From an uncultured Bacilli bacterium (GTDB lineage: Bacteria; Bacillota_I; Bacilli_A; RF39; UBA660): DNA of 44,151 nt. Of this stretch, positions 17,201 through 25,210 are shown piece by piece; positions within the stretch are counted from its first letter, which is position 1, and each line of letters opens with the position of its first letter. The notes beneath the pieces were generated by a model. It ran no database searches. It saw nothing but the letters and a program-made list of their open reading frames with translations, and had not been told where the DNA came from. The stretch is taken from positions 1 to 44,151 of the forward strand of contig CALVJZ010000002.1 of the NCBI GenBank assembly GCA_944332465.1, written 5' to 3'. The position numbers and the translations under genes are program-made.

Positions 17201-19813
17201 ATGAAATTTACTACAGATAAAAAGAAAATAATACTTAGTATAATTTTTTTACTTACAAGCTTACTATTTTTAAGTTTTGGCTTTAAGTTTTACAAAGTAG
17301 ATGGACAAGTAAAAAGTTTCTACTTTATATTATCAATATTACTTAGTTTTATAATATCTTTTGTAATTGCTACTAAAGTGACTTTTAAGACTAAAAAACT
17401 AAATAAAATATATTTAATATCTACAAGTATAATATTAGTTTTAGGCTCTTACTTATCTTTAGAACTTTTAAATAGGCAATCCCTAATGCACTTTAGTATA
17501 ATTAGAACCATATTAAATTTAGGTTTAATAATAGTTCCAACTATAATAGCATTCATCTATTCTAATAATACAAAAAAATCTTTATTAATTGGTACTATAT
17601 TTCCATATTTATTAGGTATTATAAACTATATATCAGTATTACAAGATAATACACCATTTATATTATTTAGAACTTTTTCTATTATGCCTACCGGTGGTAT
17701 GGTAAATGCTATTATTTCTTATCAACTTGTTTTAGCAACATTCACTACTTTATTAATAGTATTATTAATACGTAATATAAATTATGAAATAAAACCAATT
17801 GATTTAAGTAAAATAACTAAAATAATAGATTTTAAACCAACAAAGAAAAGTATTATTATCGGAGTATTACTATTAGTTTTAGGAATGGGATATTTAGCTA
17901 TAGATACTAATAGTTTTATAGGTGATAAACCTGATAACTTAGGCGCGTTTTTTTCGCTTTACTATTTTATTGCGATAGTTTTAGTACTAATTATTTCTAC
18001 AATTACTATTTTCAAAGTAAAGCCAAAGGGAAAATTATTAAAATTCTATCCTGTTATAATGACTATCGTAGGAATAGTTTTATCATTTGTAATCTTAGAG
18101 TTATTAAATGAAAACTCTTTAGGAGGTATTATTTCTATTGAATGGAAAAGACTATTACTTAATTTCTTAATCATTACAGCACTATATGCTTTTATTTACG
18201 CTATAACTAATAGATTAAAAATAACTATGATTATTAATAGTATTATCTTTTATGTATTAGGTTTAATTCAATATACCGTAGTATGTTTTAGAGGTACACC
18301 ATTTACACCTATCGATATCTTATCAGCTAAAACAGGACTAGCTGTCGCAGGTGGATATGAATTTTCAGTAAACATGTACTTGATTATTGGAACCTTACTA
18401 TTTATTTTATTAATAATTCTTATAACAAAAATAAAAACCAAACCACACAAATCAATAAGAAATAAAATAATTAGAATATTACTACTAATATATGTAATTG
18501 TTTTAGCTATCTTTATTTCTACAACAGATGTAAAAACAACTTTTGAATTACGAAATGATTTATGGTCACAGACTGATGAATATAAAGAAAATGGATTTAT
18601 ATCAAGTTTTACTAAAAGAATAACTGATTTAATACCTAAGGAACCAAGTGGTTACTCTAAAGAGAAAATAACTAAAACATTAGAAAATATTAAAAAAGAC
18701 AATAAAAAAGAAGAAGAAAATAAGGATACACCTAATGTAATTGTAATCATGAATGAAGCATTTAGTGATTTAGCTGTAAATGGTGATTTTGAAACAACAG
18801 AAGATTATATGCCATATTATCGTAGCTTGAAAGAAAATACTATTAAAGGAAATGCTTATACATCTGTATTTGGAGGAACAACAGCAAATTCTGAATGGGA
18901 GTTTTTAACAAACAATACAATGTTCTTTTTTGAAGCAGGACATGTGCCATACCAACAATATATTCATTCTGATGCTTATTCCTTAGTTTCAGTTTTAAAA
19001 GATGCAGGTTATACTACCAAAGCACTACATCCTTATTATAAAAATGGATATCGAAGAGACTATGTTTATCCATTCTTTGGCTTTGATACCTTTGATACAA
19101 TGGAAACTCTTCCAAAGATAAAAACACTAAAAGGTAGAGGATATGCCAGTGATAAATATACATATAATCAAATCATTAAACAGTTTGAAGAAAAAGATGA
19201 TGATGAAAAATTATTTAGTTTCACTGTAACTATGCAAAATCATGGTGGATATAATGATAAAAATTATAAACCAAATATTACTTTAACTGAATATGATGAT
19301 CCTGTAGCTAACGAATACTTATCTTTAATAAAAAAATCAGATGAAGCACTAGAATATATTACAAATTACTTTGCTGATTATGATGAAGATGTCATTTTAC
19401 TAATGTTTGGAGATCATCAACCATCTAATGCAGATATGACAGATGAATTCATTAATAGGGATACAATAGATCCTGAAAAATATAATATTACTAAATTTAT
19501 TACTCCATTTATTATCTGGGCAAACTATGATATAGATGAAGAAGAAATAGAGGCAATTAGTCTAAATTATTTATCTGTTTTACTATTAGATGAAGCTGGT
19601 ATTAATACAACACCATATATGGATTATTTACGAGAATTAAGAAAAGAAATTCCTGTAATGAATGTTTCTGGTTATATGGATTCTGATTATAATTTCCATG
19701 AAAAAACAGATTTAGGAAAATATAAGAAACAAATAAAACAATATGAATATATGCAATATAATAATATTTTTGATAAAGATAAAGTAGATGAACTATTTAG
19801 TTTAAGTAATTAA
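17201..19813 (+). CDS. LtaS/sulfatase-family (alkaline phosphatase superfamily) polytopic membrane protein with an enlarged N-terminal membrane domain
   Basis: The C-terminal domain has NVIVIMNEAF, GGTTANSEWE (nucleophile Thr region), MQNHGGY and FGDHQP. The N-terminal roughly 440 aa are hydrophobic. Confidence 0.8.
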   Translation: MKFTTDKKKIILSIIFLLTSLLFLSFGFKFYKVDGQVKSFYFILSILLSFIISFVIATKVTFKTKKLNKIYLISTSIILVLGSYLSLELLNRQSLMHFSIIRTILNLGLIIVPTIIAFIYSNNTKKSLLIGTIFPYLLGIINYISVLQDNTPFILFRTFSIMPTGGMVNAIISYQLVLATFTTLLIVLLIRNINYEIKPIDLSKITKIIDFKPTKKSIIIGVLLLVLGMGYLAIDTNSFIGDKPDNLGAFFSLYYFIAIVLVLIISTITIFKVKPKGKLLKFYPVIMTIVGIVLSFVILELLNENSLGGIISIEWKRLLLNFLIITALYAFIYAITNRLKITMIINSIIFYVLGLIQYTVVCFRGTPFTPIDILSAKTGLAVAGGYEFSVNMYLIIGTLLFILLIILITKIKTKPHKSIRNKIIRILLLIYVIVLAIFISTTDVKTTFELRNDLWSQTDEYKENGFISSFTKRITDLIPKEPSGYSKEKITKTLENIKKDNKKEEENKDTPNVIVIMNEAFSDLAVNGDFETTEDYMPYYRSLKENTIKGNAYTSVFGGTTANSEWEFLTNNTMFFFEAGHVPYQQYIHSDAYSLVSVLKDAGYTTKALHPYYKNGYRRDYVYPFFGFDTFDTMETLPKIKTLKGRGYASDKYTYNQIIKQFEEKDDDEKLFSFTVTMQNHGGYNDKNYKPNITLTEYDDPVANEYLSLIKKSDEALEYITNYFADYDEDVILLMFGDHQPSNADMTDEFINRDTIDPEKYNITKFITPFIIWANYDIDEEEIEAISLNYLSVLLLDEAGINTTPYMDYLRELRKEIPVMNVSGYMDSDYNFHEKTDLGKYKKQIKQYEYMQYNNIFDKDKVDELFSLSN
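17312..18430 (+). repeat. Internal tandem duplication of the membrane module within the 870-aa LtaS-family protein (protein-level repeat)
   Basis: aa 38-190 aligns with aa 248-410. Examples: LSLELLNRQSL vs VILELLNENSL, and YLLGIINYISVLQDNTPF vs YVLGLIQYTVVCFRGTPF. Confidence 0.6.
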
Positions 19814-19814
19814 G

Positions 19815-19847
19815 ACTTCTATTATAAATTTATAATAGAAGTTTTTT
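19815..19847 (+). terminator. Terminator after the LtaS-family gene
   Basis: ACTTCTATTATAAA pairs with TTTATAATAGAAGT as a long palindrome (19815-19842), then TTTTTT. Confidence 0.8.
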
Positions 19848-19868
19848 ATTGGTGATAAATTAATAAAA

Positions 19869-19877
19869 TGTTATAAT
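19869..19877 (+). promoter_or_regulatory. Extended -10 promoter element of the acyltransferase gene
   Basis: TGtTATAAT at 19869-19877, followed by an AAGGTGA SD and ATG 19894. Confidence 0.55.
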
Positions 19878-19893
19878 AAAAAAAGGTGATAAT

Positions 19894-20955
19894 ATGAAAG
19901 AAATTAAAGAAAGAAATTATTATATAGACTTTTTAAAATTTATTTTTAGTGTCATAATAGTTTTTTATCATGGTTGGTTATTCACTGGTATAGTAGAAGG
20001 AGGATACTTCGGAAGAGGATACTTTGCTGTTGACTTTTATTTTATTGTTACAGGTTTTCTATTTATTAAATCTGTAGAAAAAATAATAAAAAAACGACCT
20101 AAAGAAGAAGTTGCTCTTCTAGATATAAAATTTATCTGGAACAAAATAAAGTCTCTCCTTCCAAATATCATTTTTATCTTTATTATTGGTTATATTATTG
20201 TTTATCATAACAGTATATTAAATATTCATAACTTATTTACCGATAGAAATGTAACAGAGTTTTTACTAGCTGGCTTCTTAGGTGAAGGTATGTGGATAAA
20301 TAAAAGTTGTTGGTACATATCAGTTATGATATTACTATTATTTATCTTATTTCCAATAGCTTATAAATACAAAAAAAACTATAATTTTTATATAGCGCCA
20401 TTATTAATTATTGCTACTTTAGGTATTATTAATCATTTTGAAATTAATACTTTAGATCCAACTCTTTATAAAAATATATTTATTAATGGTTTTTACAAAG
20501 GTGTTATTTTTATAAATTTAGGTGTTCTTGCCTACGAACTATGTAATTATTTAAAAAAGAAAGAACCAACTAAAAAGCAAAAAATAACGTTTACCGTAAT
20601 AGAATCTATTTTATATTTGTTTTTACTAGCTAATATGCATTATGCTATTGCTGGAAAATACTTAATCGCAATATTATTCTTTATTGCTGTTGCTATAACT
20701 TTTAGTAATATTAGTTATACAGCTAAATGGTTTCATTCCGAAAAATTCCAAAAGCTCGGAAAATTTGGTTTTATTTTATATTTAACCAATATTCCAGTAA
20801 GAACTTTAACAATCGATATGTTTAACTTATCTTATCATAGAATGCTTCTAATCTATTGGTTAATAACAATTTTCTTATCAATTATTTCCTACTTATTATC
20901 AGAAGTTATTATTAAGAAAATAAAGGAAAAACGAAAGTTTAGAAAAGCTATTTAA
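19894..20955 (+). CDS. Acyltransferase family 3 (AT3, OatA/WecH-like) membrane protein
   Basis: N-terminal NYYIDFLKFIFSVIIVFYH motif. About 10 TM helices. 353 aa. Confidence 0.8.
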   Translation: MKEIKERNYYIDFLKFIFSVIIVFYHGWLFTGIVEGGYFGRGYFAVDFYFIVTGFLFIKSVEKIIKKRPKEEVALLDIKFIWNKIKSLLPNIIFIFIIGYIIVYHNSILNIHNLFTDRNVTEFLLAGFLGEGMWINKSCWYISVMILLLFILFPIAYKYKKNYNFYIAPLLIIATLGIINHFEINTLDPTLYKNIFINGFYKGVIFINLGVLAYELCNYLKKKEPTKKQKITFTVIESILYLFLLANMHYAIAGKYLIAILFFIAVAITFSNISYTAKWFHSEKFQKLGKFGFILYLTNIPVRTLTIDMFNLSYHRMLLIYWLITIFLSIISYLLSEVIIKKIKEKRKFRKAI

Positions 20956-20966
20956 AATATAAAGAA

Positions 20967-21004
20967 AAGACTAAAACGTATTTATAAACAGTTTAGTCTT
21001 TTTA
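20967..21004 (+). terminator. Terminator after the AT3 gene
   Basis: AAGACTAAA (20967-20975) pairs with TTTAGTCTT (20992-21000), then T-run. Confidence 0.7.
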
Positions 21005-21020
21005 TTATGGTTATAAGATA

Positions 21021-21049
21021 TTGATAAACTTAACATATTATGATATAAT
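21021..21049 (+). promoter_or_regulatory. Near-consensus sigma-A promoter
   Basis: TTGATA (21021-21026), 17-nt spacer, TATAAT (21044-21049), with TG at 21041-21042. Confidence 0.7.
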
Positions 21050-21073
21050 ATGCATCACTTAAGGATGATGTGT

Positions 21074-22045
21074 ATGGATATTATAACTAAATATATAACG
21101 ACACCAACCAAAAAGAGACAAGTACCATCTCAGGAAAAAACAAGTAGTAATTTGATTGTTGTTTCAAAAGATTTAGTTAGAAGTTTAAAAAAAGCAAAAA
21201 AGAAAGCTACCTGGGATAAAGTACGTATTCTAGGATTAGGTAATTCTCTTGCTTCTGGGTGGACAGCGATAGATAATAATGTTGAACCACTTGTAAATAA
21301 ACTTCGCCCTTTTATAATGCCTTTCGCTAAAGAGGAAGATTTAGATTTAGAATTGCTTTCATATCCTCTTGCTTCGCAAAATAACAATCATAATATTTAT
21401 GATTTTTTACGAACAAATCCAAGTTTGTCAGATGTTAGAAAAAGATTTGAGACCTCTTTTGATGGATGGAAAAAAGAATTTCAAAATACGCCTTTTGAAA
21501 ACTATGTAGATAAAGATGTAGCTGTGAGCTATTATCCTGAAGGGGATAGGAGATTAGAAGATAATTTTTCTGATGATATTTTAACACTTATATTTTTTAA
21601 TGGAAGTAGTGGACTTATTTTAGAAAAACTTATGGCTATGACTGAAGAGTCTAAAATAGAACCATTAAAAAGTATATTAACTAAAAAAGGAAGAAAAGAA
21701 TTATATCAAGAAGAAATTTACTATTTAAAAAGTATTAGAGATTATTTATTATCTTTAAGTGATAATAGTATTTTAACTATTGGGAATTTTCCATATTTTA
21801 ATACCCCATTAGGTGTTTTTGTAAACCCAATTATTAGTGAATTTAATGGAGAAATTAGAAAAGCAGTAGAAGGAGAAAAGACTTCTTTCTATGAAGGTAT
21901 GTCTCTTTCGTTTTTTGAAGAGTACGGAGGAAAAATAAAAGTAGATAACCATCCCACTATAGATGAACAATATGCCTCTCTTCTAGGATATGCTGAACAT
22001 ATAAATGAAAAAGTAAAAGTTTTAACAAGAGCTGATGAAAACTAG
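21074..22045 (+). CDS. Hypothetical cytoplasmic protein; possibly a divergent SGNH/GDSL-like hydrolase
   Basis: Real ORF with an AAGGA SD 8 nt before ATG 21074. The track start 21050 abuts the -10 box, so it would not be transcribed. It has GLGNSLASG (GDS-like block I with N in place of D) and VDNHP near the C-terminus. The function call is weak. Confidence 0.5.
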   Translation: MDIITKYITTPTKKRQVPSQEKTSSNLIVVSKDLVRSLKKAKKKATWDKVRILGLGNSLASGWTAIDNNVEPLVNKLRPFIMPFAKEEDLDLELLSYPLASQNNNHNIYDFLRTNPSLSDVRKRFETSFDGWKKEFQNTPFENYVDKDVAVSYYPEGDRRLEDNFSDDILTLIFFNGSSGLILEKLMAMTEESKIEPLKSILTKKGRKELYQEEIYYLKSIRDYLLSLSDNSILTIGNFPYFNTPLGVFVNPIISEFNGEIRKAVEGEKTSFYEGMSLSFFEEYGGKIKVDNHPTIDEQYASLLGYAEHINEKVKVLTRADEN

Positions 22046-22064
22046 TCAACTCTTGTTTTCTTTT
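22024..22064 (+). terminator. Terminator overlapping the end of the 21074 gene
   Basis: AACAAGAG (22024-22031) pairs with CTCTTGTT (22050-22057), then TTTTCTTTT. The loop is 18 nt. Confidence 0.5.
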
Positions 22065-22089
22065 GTATAATAAAAAAGAGGAGAAAAAT

Positions 22090-22629
22090 ATGAAATTAAT
22101 GTTTATATCTGATATTCATGGAATATCAACTAACTTAAGTAAAATAAAAGAAATATTTCAAAAAAACAATTGTGACAAACTTGTTGTTCTAGGAGATTTA
22201 TATTATATTGGACCAAGAAATCAAATGATAGAAGGTTATAATATAAAAGAAGTAGAAGAATTTCTTGAATCGTTGCAAGATAAACTTGTATGTATGAGAG
22301 GTAATTGCGATTCTGATGTTGATATTATGGTATCAAACTTTCCTATTATTGAAAATTTAAGTTTAATTATGATGGAAAATAGAGATATCTATATAACACA
22401 TGGTCACATATATAATGAAACTAATTGGCAAAAAGAAAATTCTATTTTAGTATATGGTCATTTTCATACACCATTTATAAAAAGGGTAGAAACAAACTAT
22501 TACATAAATCCAGGTTCAATTTCCTTACCACGAAAAACATACCCTCCAACTTACTTAATCTTAACCGAAGAAAAAGCAACTATCTATGATATAGATGAAA
22601 ATATTATTATGGAAGAAGACTTAGTATAA
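22090..22629 (+). CDS. YfcE/MJ0936-family metallophosphodiesterase
   Basis: Motifs MFISDIHG, GDLYY, GNCD and GHFHTP. GAGGAG SD before ATG 22090. The track start TTG 22063 abuts the TATAAT box (22066-22071). Confidence 0.85.
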   Translation: MKLMFISDIHGISTNLSKIKEIFQKNNCDKLVVLGDLYYIGPRNQMIEGYNIKEVEEFLESLQDKLVCMRGNCDSDVDIMVSNFPIIENLSLIMMENRDIYITHGHIYNETNWQKENSILVYGHFHTPFIKRVETNYYINPGSISLPRKTYPPTYLILTEEKATIYDIDENIIMEEDLV

Positions 22630-23048
22630 AAAAAGATACTGTAAGAGCTATTATTTTAACAGAAGATGAAAAAAGTGTTTGCCTTTTATATCGTAGAAAG
22701 AAAGAACATGGTGAAATAAAAACATATTATGCATTTCCTGGTGGAAAAATAAAAGAAAATGAAACTATAGAAGAAGCACTAATCAGAGAAATAAAAGAAG
22801 AACTCTCTGTAGATATTACAATATTGGGATATTTAGGTAAAAACGTAACTGAAAAAGGAATAGATTATCATTATCACATTAAAATTATAAATAAAAATCT
22901 TCTATTAGCTAAAAAAAACACTGAAGATAATTATTACGAAATTAGAATAGTAAAATTAACTGATTTAAACAAAGAAGGTATTACTATTTTACCAGTAAAT
23001 ATTTCATATATTGAAACATCTCTAAAAAAAGATTATAAAACATTTTAA
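22626..23048 (+). CDS. NUDIX hydrolase lacking a canonical start codon (ATA at 22626; possible recent pseudogene)
   Basis: The frame is open from 22599 to 23048. It has an intact Nudix box, GKIKENETIEEALIREIKEELSV (GX5EX7REUXEEXGU with a terminal G to S change). No in-frame ATG, GTG or TTG occurs before TTG 22824. Confidence 0.6.
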   Translation: MKKDTVRAIILTEDEKSVCLLYRRKKEHGEIKTYYAFPGGKIKENETIEEALIREIKEELSVDITILGYLGKNVTEKGIDYHYHIKIINKNLLLAKKNTEDNYYEIRIVKLTDLNKEGITILPVNISYIETSLKKDYKTF

Positions 23049-23050
23049 AA

Positions 23051-23085
23051 ATACACTTTATTTTCACAAATAAGGTGTATTTTTC
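23051..23085 (+). terminator. Rho-independent terminator after the NUDIX gene
   Basis: 13-bp stem, ATACACTTTATTT (23051-23063) with AAATAAGGTGTAT (23068-23080), including one G-U pair. TCAC loop, then TTTT. Confidence 0.8.
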
Positions 23086-23106
23086 TATATTAGGAGATGA
23101 TAAAAA

Positions 23107-23547
23107 TTGAAAAAAAGATTTAATGTTTATATGAGAATATGCTTATTAGTTATGATTATTTCAATAATTGGAATTTCATATACTTTATATTATGCTTTTA
23201 CACATAATGGAGAAGTAACATATCAAAACTTTGGTATAAATCAAGTGATATCTGTAGATCCGACTCTAACTTTTATTCAAATACTAGTACTATTTATATT
23301 AATATTTACTTTTGTAGCTTCTATTGTATTTATTTTTTATACTAAGGGAGGAAAAATTTCTCCTGAAGAAGAATTTAAATCTAATGAGAAATCTATGTTT
23401 TATATTATAGAAACTGTTTTATTTACTATTTTATTAACTTTAATAATAGTAATTCCAACTAATATTATCTTAGAAAATACTAATCAAACATCAAATAATA
23501 ATATAAATAGTCAGAGTAATGGAAACGCCATAGTTTGGAATAGATAA
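23107..23547 (+). CDS. Hypothetical small membrane protein (3 predicted TM helices, N/S-rich tail)
   Basis: TTG start 10 nt after an AGGAG SD (23092-23096). Hydrophobic segments are visible. No recognisable family. Confidence 0.5.
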   Translation: MKKRFNVYMRICLLVMIISIIGISYTLYYAFTHNGEVTYQNFGINQVISVDPTLTFIQILVLFILIFTFVASIVFIFYTKGGKISPEEEFKSNEKSMFYIIETVLFTILLTLIIVIPTNIILENTNQTSNNNINSQSNGNAIVWNR

Positions 23548-23630
23548 CCTTAAAATCCCTTTCCAAAAGTAAAAAAATGGCATATAATAACAAGTAGATA
23601 GAGAAAAAGGGCATAAAAAGCTTTTTTCTC

Positions 23631-23659
23631 TTGAAATATAACAAGTTATATGTTATAAT
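23631..23659 (+). promoter_or_regulatory. Consensus-like sigma-A promoter of the adhesin-sortase module
   Basis: TTGAAA (23631-23636), 17-nt spacer, TATAAT (23654-23659), with TG at 23651-23652. Confidence 0.7.
23637..23650 (+). promoter_or_regulatory. Candidate operator: perfect inverted repeat inside the promoter spacer
   Basis: TATAAC-AA-GTTATA at 23637-23650, located between the -35 and -10 boxes. Confidence 0.4.
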
Positions 23660-23686
23660 ATAGCCACATTGGAGGGGGAAAGGAAT

Positions 23687-25210
23687 ATGAAAAATCTAAA
23701 AAAATTCTTGGTAGCAGTATTAATCGCTGTTGTAACATTCTGTACATTACAAACAACTGTTAACGCTGTTCCACAATCAATTCAACTTGGTAATCCAGAA
23801 CAATTACAAGGGTATATTGCTCATGTTAAATTCACAACTAAAACTACAGCAGATGGTGAATTGTTATATTGTTTAGACATGAAAAAATATACAGCTCAAA
23901 ACACAGTAGCTCACCTTGTTGGTGAAAGAGATGCTGGTGTAGCTTATATCATGGTAAATGGTTATCCAAATAAAACATTTACTGGTGATAAATATATGGA
24001 CTATTACATCACACAAACAGCTTTGTGGTGGTATTTAGATGATACAACAGGAAGTTCAAATCTTGGTGCTGCATTTAAGACAAATGGTTCAGATCCAAAT
24101 AATTTAAGACCTTATGTTAAAGATTTAGTATCAAAAGCAAAAGCTGCTAAAGAAGCTGGATATCAAAAAACAACAATAAGTGCAAGTGTAGCAGATGAAA
24201 CACTAAAAATAACAAGTGATGGTAAATATTATCAATCTGGTGATATTACTGTTAAAGCAACAAATATGAGTACTTATAATGTAAAAATATCTGGTGCAGA
24301 AGGTGCTGTTGCTGTCGATAAAGATGGTAAAGAAAAATCAACATTTAACTTAAATGAAACATTTAAAGTAAGAGTACCAGTTACTAAAGTAGATACAAGT
24401 TTAGTAGATATTAAAGTAACTATTAGTGGTACTGGTAAAATATATAAAGCATATGAATATCAACCAGAAGATCAAAATCAACAAAATGTTACACCTTCTA
24501 TTATTAGTCCAATAGAAGAAAAAGTAGAAACAACAATTAATTTAAATATTTCAACATCAAAAATTACTATTGTTAAAGTAGATAAAGCAACAGGAAATGC
24601 CATTGCTGGTGCTGAACTAGTATTAAAAGATTCTGATGGAGAAGTAATTACTAGCTGGACATCTACTACTTTAGGACATGTAATTAAAAATTTACCTAAT
24701 GGAACTTATACAGTAGAAGAAACAAAAGCTCCAGAAGGATATGAACTAGATACAGAAAAAATAACATTTACAATTGATGATGATAGTAGAGAACAAAAAA
24801 TTAAATTCTATAATGAAGCACAAGAACGTGTAGTTAATATTATTAAAGTAGATCAATCAACAGGTCAACCTTTAGCAGGTGCCGTAATTGTTGTAAGAGA
24901 TTCTGATGGTAATGAAGTAGCAAGATTTACATCTACAACAGATCCATATGTTTTAACTGGATTAAAAGATGGAACTTATACAGTAGAAGAAATCTCAGCT
25001 CCTAATGGATATCAAAAAACAAATGAAGTAATTACCTTTACTTTAGATGCTAATAATCCATCACAACAAATTACTATTGAAAACTATCCAGAAGTATATG
25101 TACCAAATACAAATACTGCAAGTTCAATCTTACTTGTTATTTTAGGTCTAGCAATCATCGGCGGTGGATTTAAATTTGTTCAAAAGAACTCAAAATTTAA
25201 CAGAATATAA
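23687..25210 (+). CDS. Secreted surface adhesin: thioester (TQxA) domain plus two SpaA/CnaB-type prealbumin-fold domains, with a non-LPxTG C-terminal sorting signal
   Basis: Signal peptide ending VNA/VP. YCLD Cys (23870-23872), NGYP, and ITQTALWW Gln (24014-24016). Tandem IVKVD...GTYTVEE...APxGY domains. The C-terminus has VPNTN, a hydrophobic helix, then a K/R tail. ATG 23687 follows a GGAGGGGG SD. Confidence 0.8.
   Translation: MKNLKKFLVAVLIAVVTFCTLQTTVNAVPQSIQLGNPEQLQGYIAHVKFTTKTTADGELLYCLDMKKYTAQNTVAHLVGERDAGVAYIMVNGYPNKTFTGDKYMDYYITQTALWWYLDDTTGSSNLGAAFKTNGSDPNNLRPYVKDLVSKAKAAKEAGYQKTTISASVADETLKITSDGKYYQSGDITVKATNMSTYNVKISGAEGAVAVDKDGKEKSTFNLNETFKVRVPVTKVDTSLVDIKVTISGTGKIYKAYEYQPEDQNQQNVTPSIISPIEEKVETTINLNISTSKITIVKVDKATGNAIAGAELVLKDSDGEVITSWTSTTLGHVIKNLPNGTYTVEETKAPEGYELDTEKITFTIDDDSREQKIKFYNEAQERVVNIIKVDQSTGQPLAGAVIVVRDSDGNEVARFTSTTDPYVLTGLKDGTYTVEEISAPNGYQKTNEVITFTLDANNPSQQITIENYPEVYVPNTNTASSILLVILGLAIIGGGFKFVQKNSKFNRI
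24560..25087 (+). repeat. Tandem duplicated SpaA-like domain coding repeat within the adhesin gene
   Basis: aa 298-383 align with aa 387-473 (track numbering). The exact 22-nt DNA repeat ggaacttatacagtagaagaaa occurs at about 24701 and about 24971. Confidence 0.8.

Noticed and set aside
22596-22640. Programmed -1 frameshift fusing the YfcE-like phosphodiesterase to the NUDIX domain at the A7 run.
   Set aside because: No X XXY YYZ slippery heptamer precedes the stop, and no downstream structure is evident. The ATAA versus ATGA explanation is simpler. This cannot be excluded without proteomics.
22824-23048. Track ORF of 74 aa starting at TTG 22824, taken as an independent gene.
   Set aside because: The same frame is open for 75 more codons upstream and encodes the Nudix box. 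The 74-aa piece is only the C-terminal part of a NUDIX fold.
23063-23091. Promoter-like TTCACA, 17-nt spacer, TATATT embedded in the NUDIX terminator hairpin, upstream of the 23107 gene.
   Set aside because: A transcription start would fall at or after the AGGAG SD (23092-23096), leaving the TTG start without an SD. This is most likely a chance match in AT-rich sequence. How the 23107 gene is expressed remains unclear.
23601-23630. Hairpin GAGAAAAAG...CTTTTTTCTC as a terminator for the 23107 gene.
   Set aside because: The stem is almost entirely A-U with a bulge and is not followed by a T-run. The evidence is too weak to call.
24560-25087. Repeated DNA in the adhesin gene as a CRISPR-like or mobile repeat.
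   Set aside because: The repeats are in frame and about 260 nt long, and they diverge except for short exact stretches. They correspond to two tandem protein domains, not to spacer-repeat architecture.
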